From Marsupella aquatica (Eukaryota; Plantae; Marchantiophyta): a stretch of 64,000 nt of DNA. The position numbers and the translations under genes were made by a program. Shown piece after piece: positions 11,474 through 23,469 of this stretch (positions within the stretch are counted from its first letter, which is position 1; each line of letters begins with the position of its first letter). The stretch is from positions 12,717,929 to 12,781,928 of the forward strand of contig OZ316895.1 of the NCBI GenBank assembly GCA_973895155.1. Reading direction: 5' to 3'. Under the pieces are notes generated by a model that did not search any database, had not been told where the DNA came from, and saw nothing but the letters and a program-made list of their open reading frames with translations.

Positions 11474-12614
11474 ATGAGAAAGTCACAAAAAATGTTGTTT
11501 TTCACAACTTCTCAAAAAACTCGAAACTCAACACCGCCGCGTAGCCCACAAAGCTAGGAGTCCAATACTGAAAACCAAAATCAAAATTGAAATTTGACGG
11601 AAAAAGTTATTCAAATTTCGGTCGAGGTGGGTAAAACCTTGGGAAACTCCCCCGTTTTGACCACCTCAGGGAATAACCGAAATACCAAGTACAACCCGTT
11701 GTCGGAATTGCGATGTGATTGGTGCGCTGCATTGCCAACTTCAATGGCTACGACCTCGCCGAAAAATAACCAAAAAAGTTACCGTTCGGCGGATGAAATC
11801 TTTGTCGGACGGTCAAAAAATAGCTCTCTGGTTTTTTGGAATATTCTATGACCCTTGTACAGGCCCTGTGGGAATTTTGGAAGAACAATCGAGGGGCTGA
11901 CATGTGTCCTCGAACCCCCAAAACCCCCTACCACCCTTCGTCGTCGAAATCTGGTCGCGCGCGCAGAAAATACACACGGCAGAATGTACCCCTCGACACC
12001 AAACGCAAGATATCTCACTCGGGTTTTGACGAAATCAAGATCCGATTTCAGATTTGGAAACTAGACTCCGAGGCGATGAAGATCGATATAAGAAGCACCC
12101 AAAACGAGGAAAGAACGAGGGAGAAAAAAATTGGTAAAGATGACAGATTTCTCTCAATTGCCATAGCCAATTTCGAATCAGTTTTTCAAAGAGAAAAAAA
12201 TGGTACCTTGTCAACAACGAATGTTGATCAATTGCACTTGGTGCCGTCACCAAGTCCAACAAGGTAATTGATTTTGCTTAGCCTTCCTCTTTGCATCAAA
12301 GAGCCAATCCCGGACTCAAAAACAATCGTCTTGCCTCAATCTCTCCGTTGAGTCAAAACACTTGACGCTTCTCCCTCCGAGTCGATTGCCAACTTTCTTC
12401 ACAAAATCCAGAACAACGAAAACTTAGATCTCTCTGCACCACGAGCTCCGTTCAACGATTTCTTCACACCGTTAGAAAGCTCTTGCCCTGATCTATCCGT
12501 TGAGCCCATAAACTCCAAGTTCCATGCGATGGAACTCTGGATAATCCACCAACACTCAACGCTGGAAAAACCGTCATGAAATCCCGTCACGAACACACGT
12601 CACCTCCCAAGCAT

Positions 12615-12626
12615 GCTCTGATACCA
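12615..12626 (-). promoter_or_regulatory. Primer-binding site (tRNA-iMet) of Copia copy 1
   Basis: Minus-strand TGGTATCAGAGC, 2 nt inside the 5' LTR; the canonical plant iMet PBS. Confidence 0.93.
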
Positions 12627-12628
12627 AT

Positions 12629-13049
12629 TGTTGAGCATAGACGACGATCGCAACGGCAAGCCCATGAACCATCCAACGCACAATAGTCGACACAAGAGAT
12701 ACGTGGTTCACCTCCTTGAGGCTACGTCCACGGGAACACACAAGAGAGCTTTACTGAACTCTAAGCCCGTCGGCTATACCGAGTCTCCACAGTGTAAGCT
12801 CTCCCTATCTCTCAAGTGGCTCCATAACAATGAGCCTTGGTTCTACCTCTCCAAGCACACATGCCTCTTATGATATAGTGTGCAACTTAGTTGTACCTAA
12901 CCACATAGTTGTACCTAATCACGTAGTTGTACCTAACCACATAGTTGTACCTAATCACGTAGTTGTACCTAACCACGTAGTTGTACCAACCCACGTTGTT
13001 GTACCAACCACGTCATACCTAACCTAGACGTAAGAGTAAATACCCAACA
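12629..13049 (-). repeat. 5' LTR of Copia copy 1 (421 bp) with 7 units of an 18-bp repeat
   Basis: Same sequence as 6627-6975 plus 72 bp, equal to 4 extra TAGTTGTACCTAAYCACR units (array 12888-13012). Confidence 0.95.
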
Positions 13050-13966
13050 AAATTGAAACACAAAATCTTTCGAATTAGACCATGAAATTGAATCGTGTGG
13101 AAAATTTTGGGAGTTTCATTGCTTTCAGCTAGTTTTGGGAATTCAAGAAACAGCCTACATTGGAAATAAAGATCATGCAATTGCAGAGTCGCAGTCACAA
13201 TAGAGCACGATAGGGATGCGAGTTCATTCCTGGTGGGCCAAAACAAAGAATACATGTCATAACAGAGATTCTAATTTAATTACAAATTGTTGGAATCATG
13301 TAAACCCTAAACTCACCTCCCTACTGCCATTGGAAACAGCCGAAGTTGACGTTGTGTCCTCAGCTCCAGCTCCAGGTCTCGGGCTGCAATTACCCAGTAC
13401 CACATCTGCTTCATCACCCAACCCCTGACTAGTTCTCTCCATGTCCAGCTTCGCGCAGCGCCAGACTTCAACCCTGAAATTCTCGTGCTTTCCTTTTGCT
13501 GGAGTGCAACTCGTCACGGAGTGCAACAAAAGTTACTGAGTGATATGGGCCGTGGATCTCTTTCTGTGAAAATGCCCCCGATGAGCTCCCGCTGGCCCCA
13601 CTACTTGTCACTGAAATGCCCGGGCAGTCTTATCTTTAGAAGACGTCTGCGGCACTATTAGTTTTTTCCTGCCTTGGCCTGGTCGGGAGTCCTATTGTAC
13701 AAAAAACATTGGGCTCTGTTCCAGCCCTGGTAAAAACCACTCAACGTGCTGCGCCCGTCTTGTAAAGTGGCCCTTAGTCTAACTGCACAAGCAAGCTGGA
13801 ACCATCATAAGCTCACTTGGATGTGCAGCTAGAATAAAAGCTAACTATCCTTTACTTGAAGAGGTCAACCATGCCGGGTTTTTGCTTGTACCTGTGGATC
13901 TGTGACATTATTGTTCATCCACTTGGAAAGAAGACCTCTTGTCATTATTAACCAGGTAAACCACAC

Positions 13967-14264
13967 CTCTGGGGCCTCACTCTAAGGGGAATCTCATATC
14001 ACACTTGAATTTTTAGCTATTAAACACCTTAACAAATAAGAGAAAAAAATAACTAATTTTCTACCCCTATCTTTTTGGAATGTTCTAAATGTATTTCCAA
14101 ATTTCATTTCTAAAACCTTATCTCGTCTTATCATTCTCAAAATTAGATCAAAAAATGCTAATGTTCTTTTACCTAAATTTAAAAATATTCTTCTCAACAA
14201 AATAAACAAACCCTATACTTATTTGTGTGTGATGGGTAGAAAGTAAATAAGTGAGGACCCCAAC
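13967..14264. mobile_element. About 300-bp MITE, family A (15-bp TIR, 8-bp TSD), copy 1
   Basis: CTCTGGGGCCTCACT...AGTGAGGACCCCAAC with flanks AACCACAC/AAACACAC. The AT-rich body is similar to the copies at 18.3, 22.4 and 54.2 kb. Confidence 0.75.
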
Positions 14265-14426
14265 AAACACACTGACATTTGCACATATCTATAAAGGAGC
14301 CAAAATCCTTGTAAGGACTACATTAGCTCAAGTGTGAGCTTGACAGTATAGCTTTTGATTGAGAGATTGGGACTGTTGTGCAATATTCTCTTGAGCTATT
14401 TTTGGCGATGAAATGACTAAAATTGG

Positions 14427-14585
14427 AGAGGGAAATTCTCTGGACCCCTAAATTGGAACTTGGTACTTGATGGACTCCATGAGTTTTTTCTTTGAAGGTT
14501 GATTTAAGGTCTATCAATGGTCTGGATCACTCATGAGGTCCATCAAGTAACATTATTCATTTTGGGGGCCATCAAGTGCATCTCT
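14427..14585. mobile_element. Degenerate copy of fold-back MITE family B
   Basis: Shares ggtctggatcactca..catcaagtaaca..ttcattttgg..ccatcaag with 22004-22161. Ends are approximate. Confidence 0.6.
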
Positions 14586-14722
14586 TATATGAATTTTCTT
14601 TGTTTTATTGGTAGTCATGAGATCTTGATTTAATGTTGTTAGTGTAGTCCGTATAAGTTCTGAAGAAATAGGGATAGAGTGGTCGATTAGTGGACAAGCA
14701 CTTCTGAGGTGGCTTGAGAATT

Positions 14723-14980
14723 CCAAAATGCATCGTTGGCCATACGCATTGTCTGATAGTGAATCAAGTTGGGATGTAACTCACACCACTACTACCTCAC
14801 AACTTTGGAAAGTATAAGATTGAAGTTGGTGATCCCAAATTTGTTTAGTGGCCAGATGCATGGTCAAGTAGTGAATCAAGTTCAGATGTAATTCACAACT
14901 TTGCCAACTATAAACTTGAAGTTGATCCAAAATGTGCCCTGCCGGTGGCAAGATGCATTGTTAGATGGTGAATCATGTTC
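14723..14980. repeat. Degenerate tandem repeat, about 95-110 bp unit, about 2.5-3 copies
   Basis: Recurring ccaaa..tggc.agatgcat..gtgaatca.gtt..gatgtaa.tcaca..ttgaagttg. Confidence 0.6.
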
Positions 14981-15261
14981 CTTTATAAAGATTACAATTG
15001 GCTACCCTAAGTGTGTCATGTCCCCATAATTGCACATAAAAAATGTGGCAATATTGGGTGTATTATCTCACCCCATACCATGACAAACCTAATTATAATT
15101 TTGCTTAAATCATTGAGTGTTATTAATTGTACACCATATAAACTCGGACGCAAACGTGCCCTTTGGCAGATACATTAGAGTCAAAGTCAAAGTGTCTGAA
15201 ACCATATGAGTCCACCAGAATTTTGATTCAGGTTCAGGGTGCATAACTATTTGACATGACA

Positions 15262-17738
15262 TTTTTATTTTTATTTTTGTTTTTTTGTTTTGGAAAAGGG
15301 GGCGCAAAAGCCGTCAATAACATGCAAGGGGGCGAAGGCCACCCAAGAAGGAAACAAACAGGCCCCAGCAAACGGCCAGCGGCCCCAACTAATCAGGCCA
15401 CTTTAGCCGACAATTCCACCACTCAGTACTCTCGTCATACTTCTTATACTTCTTCTCCCTACCATGTCTCTCTTTCTTGGTCATCCAAGACTCACTAAAA
15501 TTCTGATTAGGAGGGTTTATGTCCCTGTTGGTTCTAATCCTCCAGTCCCAAGGACCGCTACTCTTGCTCCTGTGTCCACTATTGGTCCTATCCTCGTTGT
15601 CGTTTCTACCCTGACGGCTCCGTTGACCCTGTTGGTTATTGATCTTCTCCATCATCCAGGTTCATGGCGATCGGAATCTCTAATGTCTTCCATGGTTCAA
15701 GAACCAAATGAAGCTGGGTAATAGCCTGTCTCAGTTGTTTTCTTTTCCGCTCAGAGGTACTAACATCCAGCATGGCTTGGAGGCTTTTCTCAGCTTGTCT
15801 TAGCACCACCTAGCTAGGCACTCTTCCCAGAAAATGGGAATAAGTCGCCTCATTCCTCTCTTGCCAGTTCCTGAAGCACATCTCAGTTACCAAGACCATG
15901 ATTCCAGGTTTTCTCTTTTGCTTCTGTATGGCCTCCTGCACAATGTCATAGAGTGATCCATGTGGGATTTTGATCGAGTTGTGCCCCTGCAACTTGTCTT
16001 GCAGAGATCTCCATCGCTCCCTGACAGGTCTGCAACTGAAGAACAGATGCTCGGTGGTTTCAACGGCCTCCTTGCAGCGATCACATTTACCATCAGAGAC
16101 CCCCCAGTTTTTGGCTCTCCCGTTGGTGAAAAAACCGTGGTTCAGCAAACGCCACAAAAAGAACCTAAACTTAGTGAATGTCCATCCAAATCTGGTTCCA
16201 TCTGTTAGTGGTAAGCATCTGTCCCCATCTGTGATTAAGTTGTGTGACCTCCGGAGGAGACGTGGTTTTGCACTGGTTCCAGGTTTTCATCTAGAAGATC
16301 CATCCTTTGTTTTTCCCTTTCCAATCCCATCTCCACCCGTCACACTTCGCAAGAGCAGCTGGCACCGGTCTGTCACTTCTGCACAAACGGTCGTAGAAGC
16401 AGTTAAATTCATCATACCCAATCCGCCTGTGGCTCCTACTAATCTGTGTGATGTTGTTAACCTGTCTCCATTCACCCTGAGGCGTTAGCAGATCCTGTAA
16501 CTTCTGAATTCCTCTGTTTGCCAAGAATCTCCTTAGATCCACCTCCTGTTGTGTGTTCTGATCAACGTTCCTCAGGTACAGCAACACGGTTTGCTCAATG
16601 GATAAGTGTAGGGGCAACGACCCAGTACCAAACTGGAATTGAAGCCGTGGACTCTTCGCTACCCAGCCACGAAGCAGGTTCCGAAGGGTTGGTGAACCTT
16701 TGATCTGTATGTCCCCACTTAGAAGAATAGCTTCAGCAGCAGTCCACCTCCTTCTTTATTTTTTGTTTGGCCCGGATCTCAGGCTATTCAGAATGAGTTC
16801 CTGGGCCATGATCACCCATTCCCGGTCTACACCAGAAATCAGCTTCACCGTATGTCTCATCTTCAGATTATGAGCTTGATCTTTGAATGGTTGAAGACCC
16901 AACCCACCGTCACCTTTGGATGCCGTTATCTCCTTCCATGCAATCAACGCTTTCTTGGGTTGGGTACTGTTAGCTTGTCCCCACAAAAATCTACGACAGA
17001 TCTTTTCAAGACCTTCAAACCCTGTCCTGTTAATGGCCAGGGTCATCAAGTGGTAGGTCGGAATAGTGCGTAGGACGTGCTTCAATAGAATTGCTCTGCC
17101 TGTCAGTGACAGGATCTTGTTGGACCAGTGGCTCAGCCGTTTCCTGAGTTTTCCTATCAAAAAGTCAGTTTCGTGTGCGGGCCGCAAGCGGAATCCAATA
17201 GGACAGTTAAGGTATTCAGTAATCTCTCCTACAACAGCAATCTGGCACCCGCAGTTCCGTAGCCACTCTGGGTAGACGCCGTCCGGTAAATAAATGGGGA
17301 TGATTTTGGATTTCTGTAAATTCAACAGTGCGCCTGATATATTCTCATACTGCTTCACCACTTCTCTCGCTTTCTGAAATTCCGCTTCAGTTGCGGCCAG
17401 AAATAGGCCAGTGTCATCAGCAAATAGCTGGTGGCAAAGGCTGTCATTGTTGTTGAGTTTCATTCCTTGAATGGCTCCATTGCCAATTTCCCTCTGGAAC
17501 AGTGCCATCAGTGGTTGAGTTGTGAGTGCAAACAGGAGCGACGAAAGAGGGCAGCCCTGTCTCACTCCACGTTCCAGATTGATAGGTTCTGAAAACCTGC
17601 CATTGATATATGTGCACTTTAGATTGTGTATGTTCCACCAGTCCTTTCACTAGCATGATCACCTTTTCCTCAAATTTCATGGCACGCATCACAGCCCACA
17701 AAAAGGAGTGTGCTATGCGGTCGTACGCTTTAGTGAAG
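15262..17738 (-). mobile_element. 5'-truncated L1-clade LINE (RT plus zf-RVT), defective
   Basis: RT motifs (FTKAYDR, RQGCPLSSLLF, QLFADD) and zinc finger CDRCKEAVETTEHLFFSC. An interrupted poly(T) tract at 15262-15291 is the poly(A) tail on the minus strand. 14-bp TSD TATTTGACATGACA at 15248-15261 and 17739-17752. Stops and frameshifts are present. Confidence 0.93.
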
Positions 17739-18128
17739 TATTTGACATGACATGAACTAATGGGTGTTCAATATCTGCATGAACTGTGATTAGGACTCCC
17801 GGAGATGCTTTCCCTTAAGTCACCTAGAGTTTCTGAACTAACAAACTTAGCTCTGGGATTAGCAAAGTAACTTCTTGGCAGAATTAGGGTTACTCATTTA
17901 TAGCCTACATGACTGGAGTGGTCATTGTGGCTATCATCCCCTCCATCTACTTAAAACTCTATTAATTGTTTCCTTGTGAACCATCATGCCGCACCAAAAG
18001 TTACACTTTCCAGTATTTAGTCTCACTAAACCATTAGTATAACTAACAACTACAGTCACACCTACTACAGAAGGCATGGGTAATTTCCAAGTAATTGCCC
18101 CTGGTGTTTTAGGCAAGTGGCAATATTT

Positions 18129-18817
18129 GAACATAAAGCCAGGATAGACACAAACACTTGAGAAATGGCCCCGATGGACAAACACAACCTGGATGGACAC
18201 AGATTAAACCTAAGATTGTGCTTGTATAACACGTTTTTCAAATGTGCTCCAATGGTGACCTGTAAGGAGCTGTCTGACCGGGAGCAGGAGGTTTTTGGTT
18301 GTTTCTTCCCGGTAGTTTGTCCAGGCCTCGGGGGCCTCAATCCAAGGGTTGTCCCATATCACGCTCGAAGTTTTGGGGGAATAAACACCTTAAAAGTTAA
18401 GTTAATAATTTTTTTTTAGGAATTTTTTTACCCCTAACTTAATGGAACATTCCAAGAATATTCTCATATTTGATTTAAAAAAACCCTATGATTCTTATAA
18501 TTCTCAAAATTAGATTAAAATAACCCTAATGTTCTTCAACAAAAATTTAAAAGTATTTCACTAAACTCAATAAAAAAACCCTATACTTATTTGCGCGTGA
18601 TGGGTCGGAAGAAAAGAAGTGAGGACCCCGGGGTCTAGGCAGGATCAATGGAGGAGGTAAACGTACTTAAAGTAATGTCTAAAACTTGGTTAGCTTCTGT
18701 TCATAAGACACCTGTAATCCACTTTGGGCGTCATTAGGGATTGGTATTACAGTGTCAACAGGTGGTGTCCATCCGGGTTGTCCCTACAAACGTTTGTGTC
18801 TATCTGGCTTTAAGTTT
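18129..18817. mobile_element. Non-autonomous Mutator-like element with about 75-bp imperfect TIRs, carrying a nested family-A MITE
   Basis: aacataaagccaggatagacacaaac...acaacctggatggacac is inverted by gtgtccatccgggttgt...gtttgtgtctatctggctttaagtt. 10-bp direct flank GGCAATATTT at 18119-18128 and 18818-18827. Confidence 0.7.
18327..18632. mobile_element. MITE family A, copy 2
   Basis: CTCGGGGGCCTCAAT...AGTGAGGACCCCGGG with TSD GTCCAGGC/GTCTAGGC. Confidence 0.85.
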
Positions 18818-21372
18818 GGCAATATTTGCTCTCATCCCCAATAATTAGTTTTAAATCTATCAAAAGTTATAATCCCAGGTTGCGCCAAAAATGGTGGTCT
18901 TCATTCAAATTTGGTGTACAATTTTGGGTGATAATTTTGTAAACTTGCAAGAGTGAAAGAAATAAACCAAAAGTCAATTATATTTGGTGTGCACCCTTAC
19001 CAAGCACCACAAAAACAAGGGAAACCAATCATGACCCTTCATATCTATCCATACACCCTATCTAAAATAAATGTCTACTCAATCTGCCCTGAAGCCTACG
19101 CTCACAAGTTCGAGATAAAAAAACACAATTAAAAATAATTAAATTAATCTACATTTACAAAAAATTTGAATTTAATTTTAAAAATTTAAATATAAATAAA
19201 GTATAGAAACTATTTTTATCTCTAAAAATCTAAAACTTAAGAAAATGTTCCTTTTCTTAATATAATAAAATTTCTTTCTTGAGGCAACCAATGAAAGGCA
19301 ACTAGTGGAGAATCTGTCTCCTAATTATCTCTATCTGTTGATGAAAACTCCCAATTTCTGTACCATTACAAGCGTCTTGCTATGTAATGAATTTGGTGTG
19401 TTATCTTGACTCATGTGTTATTCATAGTCTGATAGAAGTGAGTTTCCAGCAACTGAAGCCCAAATTGCAACTTTTTTTTTTATTACTAAAGAACTTACTT
19501 ATGAGTTTATGAAGTTTGCTCAACGTGTTTGTAAGTGTTATATGTGTAATTAGTATCTAGTAGTCAAATTTTTGTGCACATCTAAAATAAAAAAATAATG
19601 CATATTTGGATATTGCTTATTCTATGTTTTTTAACTTTTGTGGCCATAATTATTATCATACCATATTAGATTCACACACACTATTCACCTACCCTAATAT
19701 AAATAGAGTCTGTGAGACTTAATATTGCAAAGAGTGCAGTTTATAAATAAATTTGATGTTTGCTATCCCACATGTGTCATGTGGCCAGGAGTTCACAATC
19801 ACCTAGTGACGACAGACTGAACAAGAATGATTGACGAGGCGAATGTCAGCTAGACTCCTTTCATGTGTAGGGTTCCCTTTTCAACTTTTGGGGAGATGTG
19901 AAACAAAGGGACAAATCAATCCCACTCTTTGGGGACATGTGAAGAACAGTGACAAAAGCACATGACCTCGAGCTGTGCAGTAGCAAATTAGTGTACTGTA
20001 ATGAGGTAATCATACTCAGGCGGACCTCTCATGATGACGCATTTTGATGAGTTGATTGGCTGGTCTGTGTGAGTAGGTGAAAAGGGCCCTTGCGCTTTGA
20101 GGAAAAGGCTAATCATGCAAGGGCCCCATAAATCCATAATCCAATATTTGTGCTGGTCCCACTTACCCATACTCCCTCTTACATATGGAACAACAATTAT
20201 GCACACCGATATGAAAGTGGCGGCAAGTTGAGCTGGATGATAGGAAGCTCAGTGAGTCATTTAATTAACCAGATCAATGAATTGCTCCCCTTCAGCAAAC
20301 AACCAGGTATGAAAGTTTTTCCATAGTGTCCCAGTCCATGGGTGAGCCCTCTGCACTTTAAACTAAAACCGAAAAGAAAGGACTCCAGAAATAGTTCTCT
20401 CCTTAATTCTGATGGACTGATTACAGTCAAATTAGATCATAAATTATCCAGTTAGGGGCACTGTACATGGGTGAGAGAGGACGTGAAAGTGAAAAATATC
20501 TCTCGCAAGGTCTGTGCCCATATGTCACTCTGTGTACTTACTCAACACTAATGCCTTGCTCGTTCAACACTGCGAAAGCTGGCTAGATGCATGGGAGGCT
20601 GCAGTGGGCACATTGCACATCCACTCAGCCCTATTTTTTTAAATTTGAGTGTTTTGGGTCAGACTATCACGTTTCACTCTGAAATCTCATTTTTGCCTTA
20701 AGTTTTTCAGACCTTATGGAAAACTCTATTCTGATAGCTCAAATTTTAAAAGGTTTGTGATGTGGTTAGGGAGTCCACTCACTGGTCAGCGACAACTTTT
20801 ATTGTGGCTCTACAATTTTACCTACTTTCAGTATAAGCTAGTCATTTTGAGCAGTACAACTGACCTTTGTCGTTGGAAATGATGACCAAGGTAATATTTG
20901 GTTGAGGTGTAAGTAACTTGCTCGGTAGCAGGAGGGTCTACAACAATCTAACGCAGTTTTAAGGGCTAGCTTGATTTTGTACTCTATACTGTGGGGGCCG
21001 GGTGAATTCCAGATCAGAAGAGAATTTGACCACATATTAACTTGGATTTGGCAAGTCCTATTGTATGTCATTGCTTAGTCCTAGGTGCAAGAATCCCCTC
21101 AACACACCATACGTGCGATTTATACTGGGACCTTTACCCCTAATTTCCCGCCTCTCCTATCTAAGTGCCATATCTACTGTACCCCCAAACCCTATGCACT
21201 TATAGAAAACTGCACTTCATTATGTTTGCATATTATTTTTGCTTTTAATGAATAATAGCACATTGACACTTATATAGGTATTAAATTTGTCTCTCAGTGA
21301 GCGTCTTTGTGCAGTTATAACTGCAAACGAAGTGCAATTCCCACAGAAAAGAGGGGAAGAAGTGCTCCCTTG

Positions 21373-21597
21373 CAATTATCCAGGTATTGCACTTTTACTC
21401 AGTGCACTGCAGCAGGTGTGATCACATGTTAGACAGATCCTGTATACTTTTCAACGGTTTCACAAACAGGGTCTCAAATTTGGTGGCCAGAATTTAACGT
21501 TGCTAAAACTAGTCACATTAGCAAAATGTTCCACAATGAGTTGTACAGTGGTCCCTGCGTAAGTGCACTGTGCATAAGTACAATACCTGGATAAGTG
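21373..21597. mobile_element. Putative MITE with about 36-bp imperfect TIRs
   Basis: CAATTATCCAGGTATTGCACTTTTACTCAGTGCACT versus AGTGCACTGTGCATAAGTACAATACCTGGATAAGTG. No clear TSD. Confidence 0.6.
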
Positions 21598-22003
21598 TCA
21601 AATCCCAACCAACCTAGCTACTTTATGACATTTACCCAATCATGGAACCATGGAAGCTTCCTGTCCTTGAGGCAGTGTAGGTGTTTGTAGCAATCTGGCC
21701 TTTGGCCTTTCATAGCTCCGAGAGTAAGTTTAGGGTTTAAGGTTTACAGGACAACCTCCACATCAGCACATACTTTGTCTAATATTTTAGACCACGTCCA
21801 CTGGTGGTCCATACTTTGGCTCCCTCATTCAAAAGATTTGCAATTATTGAAGTTCATTTCAAAAGTTTTTTGGTCTTGAGTGTACCTATGTTCAGAAAAA
21901 GAAGTGGCTCTCCACTTTGCCGTAGTGAAAAAAGTGATAAGGGTGCTTTGTAAGAACTCACAGGCAGGTCTCGTTGAGATGCAATTGTAAGCATTCAAAT
22001 GGG

Positions 22004-22161
22004 GAGTGATTTGCTTGATGGGACCCCAAATGGAAATGTGTTACTTGATAGGACCCCTGAAACTTTGGGAATGTTGATTCAAGGTAAATTAACGGTCTGG
22101 ATCACTCAGGGGTACTATCAAGTAACACATTTCATTTTGGGTCCCATCAAGCAAATCCCTC
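22004..22161. mobile_element. 158-bp fold-back MITE, family B (Mutator-like), best-preserved copy
   Basis: Arms of about 55 bp (GAGTGATTTGCTTGATGGGACCC.../...GGGTCCCATCAAGCAAATCCCTC). Perfect 10-bp TSD TTCAAATGGG at 21994-22003 and 22162-22171. Confidence 0.88.
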
Positions 22162-22360
22162 TTCAAATGGGGGAATAGGCCAGACGTCACTACACGTAAA
22201 CTTGGGGGCACAAATTGGTAAAACTGTTACCAATCCTAGTCACTTAGTTTGCGCTGGTGGGCCACCTGCATGTCCCTTTCATTTGCTCATGTAGTCATTG
22301 TTTTTATCAAAAACTTAGTGCACCTCTTGAGGTGGACTAAGAATGACAGCTTGCTCCTTT

Positions 22361-22643
22361 ATCGGGGGCCTCACTCCAAGGGGATCTCATATCACACGCA
22401 AAGTATTCAAATAATAAACACAATAAAACTTAAGAAAATAAAGTAAAATTTTACTATTTTTAACCCCTGACCTCTACTAATATTCCAGAATTTGGTATTA
22501 AGCCCCCATAGTTCTTATAATTCTCAAGCTTGGATTAAAACACCCCTAATTTTATTCAACAAATTTGTTAAAGTCTTAGCCCAATTAAAAAATCCCTAAC
22601 TTCGCTCACAATGGGTGGGAAGAAAAGAAGTGAGGACCCTGGG
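22361..22643. mobile_element. MITE family A, copy 3
   Basis: ATCGGGGGCCTCACT...AGTGAGGACCCTGGG with TSD GCTCCTTT/GCTCCATT. Confidence 0.82.
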
Positions 22644-23469
22644 GCTCCATTCCTATCCAAGATATTGCATTTATTTTCTCTAGACCTGATTCATTTGAGC
22701 TCAGGCATTTGAACTTTAGTGTGTACAGTAGGGCATCTAAAACCTGTTGTTTCTTTCAGTCAACTGCTGCAGGAAATTTCCATCCGTTACCTTGAGACCC
22801 AACTTTTGGGCTTTACCCAAAGGGTTGTGGTTTGAGACTGGTCACAAACAAATACCTACTGGTGAACTCAACATTAACCTTTAAAATTTTTATATTTGGT
22901 CACTTTTCTGAAGGGAGCCTGGCTAAGCTTTTAAGCCCAGAAATGAAAGCGCTCCATCTTTGGCCTTGGCTCTGAGAGAACATATTTTCTCCCTCTAAGG
23001 CATCCTGAGTTTGGCGGGGCCAACGATATAACGTGTCATTTCACAAAGGCAAGAGTACCCGTCCTCCTGGTATCTGGCAAGTAGTTCGATCGAACCGCCG
23101 CCTGCAGCATTCTGGCCATGGAACACCTTCACAGAACACCTGGTTCCCTAATGTACCTCACGTTTCAATAGGGCGTCTCAAAGCTTCAAATTTGATGGAC
23201 CTTAACTCAGTACATACTACCAAATTCATAATCCTTAAGCTTTTGCTATAAAGATTGGTCATATGCTATGACTGTAAGTCACTCATAGAGGCTAGAGAAA
23301 AAAACTAAACATTCACACAACCTGTAGAAAAGTTATGGCCATTTGCTTATGGCCAAAAGCCATCACCGTCCCACAACTTTGAAGTTTTGAGGCACCATAA
23401 TGGGGAACACTACGGTGCATAAAATCTACACTGAGTTAAAGCTCCCCCATCTTCCTGGCCCCTCATACA

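Larger units (their letters stand above)
6627..13049 (-). mobile_element. Full-length Ty1/Copia LTR retrotransposon, copy 1 (young), nested in the Harbinger
   Basis: TG...CA LTRs at 6627-6975 and 12629-13049, 5-bp TSD AAATT (6622-6626, 13050-13054), PBS and PPT, and gag-PR-IN-RT-RH domain order. Only 2 substitutions seen between LTRs apart from repeat copy number. Confidence 0.97.
3295..13773. mobile_element. PIF/Harbinger DNA transposon (about 4.05 kb without the nested Copia), structurally complete but coding-defective
   Basis: Perfect 24-bp TIRs GGGCCACTTTACAAGACGGGCGCA (3295-3318) and its reverse complement (13750-13773). TTA TSD at 3292-3294 and 13774-13776. Contains a Myb/SANT-like ORF and a DDE transposase in convergent orientation. 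Confidence 0.95.

Noticed and set aside
11594-12267. ORFs in the Copia copy 1 leader as an extra (env-like or antisense) gene
   Set aside because: They are short, lack TM or known motifs, and the segment is absent from copy 2.
12888-13012. Regular short repeats resembling a CRISPR array, and the VVPNH-repeat ORF 12830-13027
   Set aside because: The units are head-to-tail with no unique spacers, lie inside LTRs, and have no cas genes nearby in a eukaryotic context. The ORF is just the translated repeat.
21728-21750. TTTAGGG-like telomeric motif
   Set aside because: There is only one perfect unit plus degenerate neighbours, which is expected by chance.
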